Below, in pieces: positions 49,841-60,600 of a DNA stretch of 64,000 nt. The DNA comes from a virus. The stretch lies in IMG/VR virus record IMGVR_UViG_3300035670_012130, positions 32,001 to 96,000 of that record; one strand, 5' to 3'. The position numbers were made by a program, and so were the translations under genes. Below the pieces are notes generated by a model that saw only the letters and a list, made by a program, of their open reading frames with translations, was not told the origin of the DNA and ran no database searches. Within the stretch, counting starts at the first letter, position 1, and every line of letters begins with the position of its first letter.

Positions 49841-52723
49841 ATGAACCTTTCCCCAGACCCAAGACAACTAAAAACAAAAGTCACTTTGAGTATTATGAAT
49901 GCTCCTGAAAGTGGATTTTTTTCTGGGGAATATACTGCTAGTACTGCTACAAAGTCACAAGACAACTTAAATGTTTTGAATTATGATTTTGAACCAACTT
50001 ATACTTATGCAGATGGCACAACAGAACCAAAATATAGTAGCAGATTAAAGGTAATTTCTTCTTTACAAAATGCTAGAATTCCAGAGATCAATACAGCTAT
50101 AAGTGCATCATCTTGTACATTTGCATTTGGTGCTATTGTTCCCGGAGAAGTGGATCCTGTGCTAAATAAGTTGAAAGGTCCAGCAGAAGGATATAACCCA
50201 AATTTTGTTGATAGTCCAATTCAAGGTAGTGTGCAGTCACAACCTGAAAAATTTGATGATTTTACTCAACACGTACCTAAAATTCCATTTACTAATAATG
50301 GAAATGTATTAACTACTTACAATATTTGGCATTTAGTTGATGGTGCCAGGGATGCATATAAATATATAGGACCAGCTATCTCTGGAGTAAATACTGGCAC
50401 TCTAAGAACTGTTAAAGATCCTGTCAATGGTGCGCAAGTTGAAGTTACTTCTGAGAAAACGAATACAACAATCAAAAGAATTTTTCCTACTTCTTATGAC
50501 GCTGTTTATCAAAATGATGCTGTAATTTACAATCCTGATGGTACTTCAGAGCCTATAAAAGCAAGAGGAAACTATGGCAATAATGGTTTTCATATTAACT
50601 TTTCAGCAAGCAATATGCAACAAAATTCTTCAGCCATAAAAATCGCAATAAGACCACAAGTTGCAAATAATAATTATATCAATGATTTTTTTATTGAATT
50701 TAAAATAGATAGCAAGCCTGTTTTAAAAATATTTGATCCATATAGCCAGTCTTACATAGTTCAAACAGATTTGATAGCTCCTGTTTTAGACAAGACTAAT
50801 ATGAATTCTTATGACGTGTATGTACATTTTGTTGGGCCAAATCTGTTAGTTGGTTTTAGTCCAGACATTACAAGATGGAATACAGTTATCAATTTAAGTG
50901 GCAGAGAAGTGTTTTGCCCACCTTTAACTGATATTTTTATATCCTTGTCAAATACTAATGTGAAGTTCAGATATTCTGCAATAATTTTTAATAATTTCAA
51001 TAATAATCAGCCCAAAAATTCAACTAAAAATTATATAACAGCAGAATTTAAATATTCAAAGAAAAAAATTCCAACAATCTCAACATTTCTAGAAAAAGTT
51101 CAAGATTCTTTCGAAAAATCATCATATAGAATAAATGGCTTTCCACAAAACACTGGATATAATTCTGCCAACCCATTAGATAAAAATATTTCATATTTTG
51201 CAGATTTGCGCTTAAATCAAGCCCAATTTGCAAAAATAACTGAATATACAACACCACCTCTGACAAGTGCAGATCCTGATAAACAAACCCTTTATTTCAA
51301 AATTAGATATAATTGTACGATTGAAGGTCCAGCATTTTTACAAATTGAAATTCCACATCCAGGAGTATTAGCAACGGTATTTCCTGATTTGGGAAGTGGC
51401 AGTGCAAACGCAGGTGATTATAAATTTATCAATCCTCAGCTGAATCAATTGTTTTACGATGTGGGAGACATAACATCTTGGGTCGAAAGTTGGTCTGTAA
51501 ACTGCACAGCAGAGCTTTCCAATTTATCAAAAATTAGTAAAACTGCAAACATTGTCTTAAAAAATATTGATTCTTTAGAAGGTCAAAAGTTTATCAACGC
51601 AATTGAAAATAACTTGTTGTGTGTATCTATAGACGCAGGTTATGTACAGGGTAATTTGTATCCATACTTTCAAGGTTTTATCACAAGCACATCATATTCT
51701 AGGAAAGGTAACGATAGTACATTTACCTTAACTTGCCAAGATATAGCATCTTTTGTTTTAGAGAATTTATATTTTGATAAAAATATGATGATAGCTGGTA
51801 TGAGACATGACTTAGCAATTGATTCTATAATGGCTACTTCAGGATTTTGGTCATACTATATAAGAAATAATTCTGATTTACAAAATGGAGGTTCAATTTA
51901 TGGAATTGATTTAAGATTGAATAGTAATTCAACAAATAATCAAGATCTTATAAAATTAAATCCTCTTGATAAGATTTATGAAAAATTAGGTAAGCTTTTA
52001 GAAAGATTGAATAATCCTTATTCTCTTCCAACATTCAGATGGGCGGAAAGATATGGGTTTAAATTAGAATGTAGAAACAACTATATAGATAATGATTTGA
52101 AATTTACTGGATTAAATGCAGCTGGCACAGCTTACATTTTTAACAGTAACGCATCAAACACAAATAATTATATAAATAATTTTCAATCAGATATACACGG
52201 CTTACTTGTTGATGATTACACAATTAAAACAGATGTTAAAGGCCTTGCTGCAGGAGTTAGAGTTTTTGGCACAGCTATGACTGGTTTTTTAGCTGACGAA
52301 AGATATTCTCCAGGATCTGTATCTATTCAAAATTTACCAATCCAATCTCAAATAGATTTATTGGGATATTTGCAAAATGCTCCATTCAATTCAGCACAAG
52401 CTCCTTATGTTGGGTTCAAGAAATATTTGATGTGGTCTATGCAAAGAAATGAAATTCCTGATCAGCAAGTGCTAAAGAGAGTTACAGATAGTATAGAGTT
52501 AGTTTCTAAAACACCAATAAGTTCAATTAATTTCCAGTGCTATGTTGCTAAGCCCCTAAGTTTTCACGGTAAATTTTTGATTAATGTTTTCCAAGGGCAG
52601 ACAGTTAATTCAACTGATCAATATGTATATACAAATGTTGATTACAGTTATAATAAATCCAACAATCTTATCACAGCAAGCGTTCAGGGAACTAACATGC
52701 CAATATCATTAGGAGGAGTATAA
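49841..52723 (+). CDS. Baseplate hub/Tal-like protein
   Basis: C-terminal half DITSWVESWSV...ANIVLKN...IDAGY...YFQGFITS..YSR...FTLTCQD resembles gp27/gpD-type hubs; TATAAT-6nt-ATG upstream. Confidence 0.6.
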   Translation: MNLSPDPRQLKTKVTLSIMNAPESGFFSGEYTASTATKSQDNLNVLNYDFEPTYTYADGTTEPKYSSRLKVISSLQNARIPEINTAISASSCTFAFGAIVPGEVDPVLNKLKGPAEGYNPNFVDSPIQGSVQSQPEKFDDFTQHVPKIPFTNNGNVLTTYNIWHLVDGARDAYKYIGPAISGVNTGTLRTVKDPVNGAQVEVTSEKTNTTIKRIFPTSYDAVYQNDAVIYNPDGTSEPIKARGNYGNNGFHINFSASNMQQNSSAIKIAIRPQVANNNYINDFFIEFKIDSKPVLKIFDPYSQSYIVQTDLIAPVLDKTNMNSYDVYVHFVGPNLLVGFSPDITRWNTVINLSGREVFCPPLTDIFISLSNTNVKFRYSAIIFNNFNNNQPKNSTKNYITAEFKYSKKKIPTISTFLEKVQDSFEKSSYRINGFPQNTGYNSANPLDKNISYFADLRLNQAQFAKITEYTTPPLTSADPDKQTLYFKIRYNCTIEGPAFLQIEIPHPGVLATVFPDLGSGSANAGDYKFINPQLNQLFYDVGDITSWVESWSVNCTAELSNLSKISKTANIVLKNIDSLEGQKFINAIENNLLCVSIDAGYVQGNLYPYFQGFITSTSYSRKGNDSTFTLTCQDIASFVLENLYFDKNMMIAGMRHDLAIDSIMATSGFWSYYIRNNSDLQNGGSIYGIDLRLNSNSTNNQDLIKLNPLDKIYEKLGKLLERLNNPYSLPTFRWAERYGFKLECRNNYIDNDLKFTGLNAAGTAYIFNSNASNTNNYINNFQSDIHGLLVDDYTIKTDVKGLAAGVRVFGTAMTGFLADERYSPGSVSIQNLPIQSQIDLLGYLQNAPFNSAQAPYVGFKKYLMWSMQRNEIPDQQVLKRVTDSIELVSKTPISSINFQCYVAKPLSFHGKFLINVFQGQTVNSTDQYVYTNVDYSYNKSNNLITASVQGTNMPISLGGV

Positions 52724-52724
52724 A

Positions 52725-52952
52725 ATGCCTTTATTTCAATCTCTTTCATTTGTAATAAATGATCAAATTAGACAAAATACAATAAATATGCAAAGTGGTT
52801 TGACTTTAAGATCTAATGTCACGCAAGCTTTACAAGTCATTAATGTTAATAAAAATAATATAATAGAAGAACAAGATGTTTTACGCTGGGGATATGCTAA
52901 CTGGGGCGTAGAAAAAGTAACATCAGAATATAAACCACAAGAAATTAAATAA
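52725..52952 (+). CDS. Small baseplate-region protein
   Basis: Strong SD AGGAGG; coupled to both neighbours. Confidence 0.65.
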   Translation: MPLFQSLSFVINDQIRQNTINMQSGLTLRSNVTQALQVINVNKNNIIEEQDVLRWGYANWGVEKVTSEYKPQEIK

Positions 52953-55900
52953 TGGGAAATACACCAATTTATGGGTTTGGATATATTGAACCAAACCAAG
53001 ACCTTTCAGAAAATATTGATTTAGATGAGCTTCGCTTTAAGGCCATTGAAAATCAAATGTATAATCTTTATCAAATTTTTAAGAATGGCATTATTGAAGA
53101 AGATCCATTAGTTCCATCTTGGCGTATTCAAACTTTCTCAAATGAATTTAAATTAACAAAAATTACAATCACTTCTGGAAAAGGCTTTGTTTCTTATAAA
53201 GCTGCAAACACAACAGCATCTAAAGATATATCTTTACCAACAATTCCTACAACAGTTGGAACTTCAAAAGTTTATGTTTATGCATACGAAAATGCAAACA
53301 CAGCTATAAATGGTGATGTTGATTTTGTCGCATCATTGACTCAAATAAATGACACAGTAAATTATATTTCATTAGGTTATCTTGAAATTGATGTTGCCAA
53401 CAATCTTATAAGTTTATTTGAAACAACTAGACAGGATATAACTTTATTTTCTTCTCTTTCATATTTGATAAAAAATCATAAACATATTGGTGGAACTGGT
53501 AATCCTTCTCCAATTGATTTATCTTTAGAAGTAAAAAATCAATTAACAAGTGAAAATATAAATTCTGTTGATGCTGCAAAAATTACAACAGGTATTTTGG
53601 ATTCAGCAAGACTTCCAACAATCAACCATAGTAATTTAGAGAATAAAGGCAATCTTACTCATGATCAATTAGAAACAGCTTTGTTGGCTGTCGTTAATAA
53701 TGATGCTAATGACAAGATGTCTGATCTTTCTATAGCAAATAGATTACAGATGTTGGTTGCTTTGAAAAAATCTGGTGGAGTAGGATTTACATTTATTGAT
53801 TCAACACAAATCAATACTCTTACATATGTTCCAGGCATTTTTCCAAACACTTCGACAAATTCTTCTACTGGTAATTCTGCCAATTTTGCTCAAACTACAT
53901 CAGTTCCAAGTCAATATACATTGGCAACAATATACGATACAGATCCAAATACATCAGGCTCAGGAATTAGTGGATCTGTTACTTCAAGCAGTTTTGTAGG
54001 AGATAAATCTTTTGTAGTTCAGAATGATTTCTTGCAAGCAAAAACAGTAGCATCTTCTCTTGGATCTACAAATAATACATTCTTTAGCAATATTAGTATT
54101 TCAGGCTCAGCAACAACAGGAAGTTTCACGATTGACACTCCTTTGAATTACCTGACCCTTTCACAGCCAGTATCGAGTATTTTCGACACAACTGGATCTT
54201 GGGATACTGGATTAGTTTTCACAACCACTTATGTTTCTAATAAAGTCAAGGTTGATACAAGTTTATATGCATACACTTTATTCAATCAACCAGTTTCATT
54301 AGACTTTGATTCTAAAGTTGGGTTTGGTTTCTCTGCAGGTCTTGGAGAAACAGGAGCAGCTTTAGGTAAAATTTATATGTTCTTGGTTGTTGGAAATGGA
54401 AGTACAGATCCTAATTTACAATATGATCAAAAGATTGATTTTGCTCCTAATACTGGCACTGGCTCATCTGCAATTTACATATCCCCAGCCACTAACGTAA
54501 AGATATTTGATGATACTACTTATGGATTTACAGGTTCAACTGCAACTTATTCCTCTGTAAACTTATCGGATTTTGGTGATAGTAGCTTAAAATCTTCTGT
54601 GTTAGGATTTGGTTTTTACTTTTCAACAGATCAGGGTTGGAATGCTGAAAAGCAAACCAAGTTTGAATTACTTACTCCAACAGATGCACAAATCAATACT
54701 TTAGGCAACAATGATAGTCTAGTTCTTGCTAGACGCAACCCAACCGATCAAACATCAGCTGTATTTACGTGGAATGATCAATACAGATATAAGAATGCTA
54801 ATTTCTTATTAAGATTTGATTCTGGAGATTCAAATACTCAATACAATCAAATTCAATATGACATAAATATACCTTCTGGCACTAAATATACTGTTCAAAG
54901 CAGATCAAATGTAAGTTCTGATTTATTTTATAATTTGAAAACTCTTTCTGAGACAGATGTAATTATTGCAACACCCAATACAAACTCAAGCACTGGTAGA
55001 TATTTTGATGTTTTATTTTCTTTGTATGCAAATGAATTACAAAGTTTAGCTCCTACCGTAAATAGCTTGAGAGTAAATTATTCAACAGTAGGAAGTGCTA
55101 CAACTAGATCTTATGATAGAAATTTCACTGACACTACTATTTCAAAGTTCGGTTGGGTAAGTGATGTTTATTACAATAAAAACGCTGGATATGGAGTTAC
55201 AAACCCAGATGATACAAATTATTTAAAAATTTATGATACTTCCAATGTTGGAAATTGGGTTTACTTAAGAAACAACAACTTAATATCAGCATCAAGTAAT
55301 GTTCTAGAGACAACTGTAGAAGATGGGATAGATTCTGGTACATTAAGAAATTATCTTACTCCAAATCAAATATTTTTAAAGTCTACAAATTATGGATTAG
55401 ATACTCCTACTGATTATCAAACTTTGTCTACAGGGGGCAATATAATTTGCGACAGTAAAAATGACAGAATTATAATCACTGATATAGATGGAGTTTTTAC
55501 AAAAGTAATTCAAGGCAATATACGACTTAAGCTTACATCAAAAGATTTTGTTGCACTTTCTGCTTCTTTCAACCCTAACACAAGGAAGATTTATATTGCT
55601 TTTTCGCAAAATATATCATTTGTAGATCTTACAAAAATTTACATCACATATGATAATATTTCTGTAAGAGGAGATGACACTAGACTCTCTAGTGAGTACC
55701 TTGAACCAATATTTGATTTTTCTGCTACTTATGTGTTTACTATCAAAGACACAGTAGAAGGTATTACCTTAAATACAGCTATTAGCAATGCTCTTACTAA
55801 AAAAGTTAGACTAGATAATGGATGTTTTACAAATGCAGGTAATTCTATAAATACCAACACATCACTATCGGCAACTGTACCAACTTCATCAGTATCTTCA

Positions 55901-56617
55901 GTAAACAGAACTCAACAATATGTTTCTGGTATTAGCACGTCCATTACAGGCACATCAACAGTTACAACAGGCCTACCTACAACTACAGCAACTGTAAATT
56001 CTGTATCAGATTATAATGGTGATGGTATAGTTTCCACATCTACTATGTATGGACCTAATTCACAAGTAGATAACATAATTTTGGATATGTGGCAAGGACC
56101 TATATATTTTGCCAATATTTACAATCCAGTTTCAGTTCAATATGATGATACAAATTCACTCATTGTAATTGCTCAACCACATTCAAAATCAGTATTATGT
56201 TATTCGAACGATACAGATTTGACACTAAAATGGGCAATTACATCAGATATTGTTAACTATTATGATAACAAACTTGGCTCTGCATATTTGCTTCCTAACG
56301 GAAATGTTCTTTTGGGTAGTCCAGCATTAGATTCAACAGACACTGGTAAATTACAAGTTTACAATATTTCTAATGGATATATTGAAACAAAGCTTACATT
56401 TAACAATGATGTAGTAAAAGCTCTTCCTGGACCATCTACAGATTATTCTGATTTTTATGTATTGACTGATGATGTCATAAATTATGGCGAAAATTCAAGA
56501 TTACATCTAGTAAATAATTCTGGAACAATATTATCAACTTGGGGTGACAATAACGAGCTATTTCACCCTAAAGGTATGCGTATTATTTCAAATGACAATA
56601 TTTTAGTATCGGAATAA
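52952..56617 (+). CDS. Baseplate/fibre structural protein with C-terminal beta-propeller-like repeats
   Basis: TPIYGFGY, HKHIGG..PSPIDL and DAAKITTGILDSARLP (fibre-type motif); IICDSKNDRII and LFHPKG NHL-like repeats. Confidence 0.6.
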   Translation: MGNTPIYGFGYIEPNQDLSENIDLDELRFKAIENQMYNLYQIFKNGIIEEDPLVPSWRIQTFSNEFKLTKITITSGKGFVSYKAANTTASKDISLPTIPTTVGTSKVYVYAYENANTAINGDVDFVASLTQINDTVNYISLGYLEIDVANNLISLFETTRQDITLFSSLSYLIKNHKHIGGTGNPSPIDLSLEVKNQLTSENINSVDAAKITTGILDSARLPTINHSNLENKGNLTHDQLETALLAVVNNDANDKMSDLSIANRLQMLVALKKSGGVGFTFIDSTQINTLTYVPGIFPNTSTNSSTGNSANFAQTTSVPSQYTLATIYDTDPNTSGSGISGSVTSSSFVGDKSFVVQNDFLQAKTVASSLGSTNNTFFSNISISGSATTGSFTIDTPLNYLTLSQPVSSIFDTTGSWDTGLVFTTTYVSNKVKVDTSLYAYTLFNQPVSLDFDSKVGFGFSAGLGETGAALGKIYMFLVVGNGSTDPNLQYDQKIDFAPNTGTGSSAIYISPATNVKIFDDTTYGFTGSTATYSSVNLSDFGDSSLKSSVLGFGFYFSTDQGWNAEKQTKFELLTPTDAQINTLGNNDSLVLARRNPTDQTSAVFTWNDQYRYKNANFLLRFDSGDSNTQYNQIQYDINIPSGTKYTVQSRSNVSSDLFYNLKTLSETDVIIATPNTNSSTGRYFDVLFSLYANELQSLAPTVNSLRVNYSTVGSATTRSYDRNFTDTTISKFGWVSDVYYNKNAGYGVTNPDDTNYLKIYDTSNVGNWVYLRNNNLISASSNVLETTVEDGIDSGTLRNYLTPNQIFLKSTNYGLDTPTDYQTLSTGGNIICDSKNDRIIITDIDGVFTKVIQGNIRLKLTSKDFVALSASFNPNTRKIYIAFSQNISFVDLTKIYITYDNISVRGDDTRLSSEYLEPIFDFSATYVFTIKDTVEGITLNTAISNALTKKVRLDNGCFTNAGNSINTNTSLSATVPTSSVSSVNRTQQYVSGISTSITGTSTVTTGLPTTTATVNSVSDYNGDGIVSTSTMYGPNSQVDNIILDMWQGPIYFANIYNPVSVQYDDTNSLIVIAQPHSKSVLCYSNDTDLTLKWAITSDIVNYYDNKLGSAYLLPNGNVLLGSPALDSTDTGKLQVYNISNGYIETKLTFNNDVVKALPGPSTDYSDFYVLTDDVINYGENSRLHLVNNSGTILSTWGDNNELFHPKGMRIISNDNILVSE

Positions 56618-56620
56618 ATT

Positions 56621-57586
56621 ATGAATTTACAAATTGAAAACAATATACCAAAAGTAAATATAATTGATGATGAGAATGTTTTATCATTCGAGTTTACATC
56701 ATATGATAAAAACTATCTCATAAATCAAAATGATAACAACATAAGATTATTGCTTAAAAAACAAACTGTTGCAAACTTAAATATTTTAGAAAATTTTATC
56801 GAAATAAATTTTGAAAAAGTAATTTCATATATTCAATTTGTATCTATTAAGTTCAAGTTTGATTCTATTGTAGAAATTGACCCAAATTATATAATTTTTT
56901 CAAGAGGCGATAAAGATTATGTAATAGATTTTCAAAACACGAAATATAGTTTTGAATCAAATGATACTTTGCTTGTTATTCTTGACAGACCTGACAATAG
57001 TTTAAAAATTTCAGAATTGAACTTTTTTGCAAAAAATTTCAGTGCTCAAAACTTTGAGGCTTTAAATACTAGCAATCCATTTGTAATAGATGACACTTGT
57101 AAAATGCCTGAATTTTCAATTGGAAGTTATGATGATTCTTCATTATCTATTCCAAGACCAGTAAGGCAAGGAAACCCTGTTATTTCCACTGTTCCAGCAT
57201 TAATAAACTCAAACTCTTCAACAGATGATATTGAATATTATAATAATGGAAATGGAGCAGTTTCAAAAACAATTTATTTTAAGATAATTTGCAATACAAT
57301 TATTGAAAGTACATTATCAGCTGGGGATCTTTCACCAAGTTTGCAACTAAAAGTCTATCTTCCCAATGGATTAGACACAGTTAAAGCACCAGTGTATGCT
57401 GATATGTATTTTGTTTCTGCTGACATTACAAATGATATTTCAGTATATTCTGCTTCATATACTTTCTATAAACAGGGCAGATATAACAATATTGATTATG
57501 TAGATGGATTTATGTATTTTGATGTACATTGCCCATTAACTGTACAAAAATCAATACCTTTCCAGTTTGATTTTCAACTTTTATAG
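56621..57586 (+). CDS. Hypothetical protein
   Basis: 321-aa ORF in the structural operon. Confidence 0.6.
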   Translation: MNLQIENNIPKVNIIDDENVLSFEFTSYDKNYLINQNDNNIRLLLKKQTVANLNILENFIEINFEKVISYIQFVSIKFKFDSIVEIDPNYIIFSRGDKDYVIDFQNTKYSFESNDTLLVILDRPDNSLKISELNFFAKNFSAQNFEALNTSNPFVIDDTCKMPEFSIGSYDDSSLSIPRPVRQGNPVISTVPALINSNSSTDDIEYYNNGNGAVSKTIYFKIICNTIIESTLSAGDLSPSLQLKVYLPNGLDTVKAPVYADMYFVSADITNDISVYSASYTFYKQGRYNNIDYVDGFMYFDVHCPLTVQKSIPFQFDFQLL

Positions 57587-57592
57587 GGGTCG

Positions 57593-57636
57593 CATCGGCT
57601 GGCAAAGAATATTTTAATATTCCCTGTTTAGCGGTG
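57593..57636 (+). promoter_or_regulatory. Stem-loop in the leader of the GTG-start gene
   Basis: catc(g)gctggca-aa-gaatatt-tt-aatattc-cc-tg(t)ttagcggtg; unusually GC-rich for this window. Confidence 0.45.
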
Positions 57637-57643
57637 GTTAAAA

Positions 57644-60600
57644 GTGCCATATAACGTTTCAATAATTTTACCCAACAATCTTACAAGTGGATATCTACAA
57701 TCTGAATTTATAAATCTGGGAGAACCTTATTCTAGTAATTCATATTCTAAAGATCCAACCCTTGACGATAATCAAAATACTCTTACTTTTAGTTTTGAAG
57801 TAAGAGATAGTGGCACTCGTGAGCTTACTTACTTACGAAGAATAAAAACTCTTTATCTTTCAAATGATCCAGAATTTGATCCAACTTCAACCATAGCTAT
57901 TACAAACTGGCCTTCAAGTTCCTATGTTTATGATCCAGATTTTGATTATGAATATACATTAAATCCACTTTACTTTTTTGATAGCACATTAACTCAAGGC
58001 ACCATGGCAACTCCAGTGGCAGGTACTGGATTATTTAAAGTATATAATTGGCCACTTAGTGCTTCAGGTGGTCTTTCTACAGTTTATATGAAAGCTGTCT
58101 TGGAAGGACCTAATAGTTCAGATATAGAGTATCCTATGGGTTATGGAATTTTTGATCAAATTAGATGGGAAGGTCAAATTCCAGTAAATCCTGATTTTCC
58201 AGAAATTCCAAGCGCAAAATCTGGATATGTTGGTAAAAATACTTTACTTTCTTTCGTAAGTGGTAATCAAGTAGCAGCACAAACGGAATCTTCAGGAATT
58301 GGCAGATATATTGCTAGTGTTTATGAAATTTCTAACACTGGTGGAACATACGATGCTTATTCCGCACATAACAATGTCAAAAGAACACTTATACCGTCAG
58401 CATCGATAGCATCTACTACTTTATCTACATACAGATATTATGATGGAAATTATTCGTCATCATCACTTTCTTTAGGCGCAAATATTGGTCTTACAAGTGC
58501 TAGTTATGGGAAAGGTGCATTTTTCTATAGCAAAACAAAATTAACACCAAACACAAATAATACTGACTTTTACACACAAGCTGGTTTTTCATTTACAACT
58601 TCTGGAGTTGCTGTAACTTCACAAGCGTTTATGAAGTTGTATGCTGCCCCAGATACAAGTGCCAATGGAAATGAAATTGTTTGTAGAATCGATATTCCAA
58701 ACAACTCCAACCCAACTACATATCTCTACACAAGAATTAATGGTACAGATAGCGTAAGCAAACAAACTACAACATTGCCACATAGTGTATTACCATTATT
58801 ACAATCTGGTGGCGTTATGGAAATGTATTACTCATCAATGGGTACTACAAATCTTTGTATGGTAGAAGCTTATTACACACCATATTTAGATCAATCTTTA
58901 GCATCAAAGAAAAGTTATTTGCTGGGTAATGCAATACTTACTTCTTTTGGCAGTTCATCTGTTGGTAGCGCTTTCGGTTATCAAATTTCACAAGCTACAG
59001 GTTCTACTTTTTCTGGTGGATTAGTTGTTGAAGAATTATTTTTAGCTCAAGGTAAATCAAAACTATCTATTGATATTGGAGACTGTACTAATGATGATAT
59101 AGCAATCATTAATTCTCCAGTAACAGAAATAGAATATGGATGGAGTGATTCTGTAAATGAAGACTTTATTGTTCTCACTGATGCTCCTTCTGCGCTAGCG
59201 TTCACAACAAATATCACTTCTGAATTGTATGAGATAGATAAATTAGATAGTACAGGCTTATATACAGTTCCTTTACATTATGAACTTCAACTATACAAAC
59301 CGTCTCTGAGCAATAGATGTAGATTTGAGTTAGCTTTTAAACACGGATCTGATGACATGTATGTTGCTTTTAGCTCGGTATCTTCATTCAGATCTCACAC
59401 TCAAAACAACCTTACTGTAAATTGGGACAGACCTTTTGGAGTAAGATGTGATGATGGTTTTGCTTATTCTGATGCTCCACTCAATGCTCCAACTATTTTA
59501 GTAAAGTTTAGCGGGGAAAAGAACGAAATTTCAGTTGCTTACAGAACTGAAGATAACAAATTAAGAAGACAAGTTTTAAGATCTTACCAACCACAAACTG
59601 AAGTTACTAAATTTTTATTTGAAATAACAGATCAACTACCAACTTCTTACACTGGTAGATATAAAAATAAAACCGCCACTGGGACATATTTATTAGTCAA
59701 AGAAATTACTGGAAGCGGAATCAATGTGGTTGGTGTTACTGATATGCTTTTGCCTATCAATTCCAACACTTCTAATTTAGGATATTTTGTAGGATTTGGA
59801 GTTAGAAAAAGCTCATATGACAGTGATGGTTCAACTTATTTCCAAGATTTAAAATGGTCAGGAATTCCTAATGTTTACAAAGAGCAATTTGATAATGATA
59901 GTACTATTAAGACTACACTTTTGTCAGATGAAGGTTTTACAAATAGCAAACATTATCTCGGGCAAAAATTATTAAGTGGACTTACTGACTTAATTGATTA
60001 TCAATACGAAACAGCAAACACATTACCAAAACTAACACTTGATGCACAACATTATAGTTTCACTGCATTACCAAACTCTCCAACCTATTCATCAAATCGT
60101 TTGACTGCTGGAACTGCTGGCACATTACTTTTGAATGAAAATTATGTAACATCAACTACAGATTATATTCTTGTAGCTGGTCAAGCAACAACATCTCAAA
60201 ATGGTGTTTATTATCAAACGAGAGTTGGAACTGCTTCAACTACCTGGAGATTAGAAAGAGTGCCTGAAATGGACTCAAGTGAAGAAATCTTTTCAGGTAT
60301 GGTAGTAAGAACACCAATGGATTATGATTATGCAAGTACAAAATGGTATTTGACAACACCAGATCCAATTGTTCTTGGCACTTCTAATTTGTCTTTTTCT
60401 GCAACACAACCAGTTGTAGAACAAATTTCACTAGCAACAACTGGCACAAATATTTCTATTGCCAACATTACTTCATTAACTATTGACGGCACTTCACTTT
60501 CCTCTTTAGCAGTTGGTAGCAAAATTTTAGTCAAAGATCAAATAGAAAATACCGAAAATGGTGTTTATATAAAATCAGTATCCGGATTTGCTATAACCAC

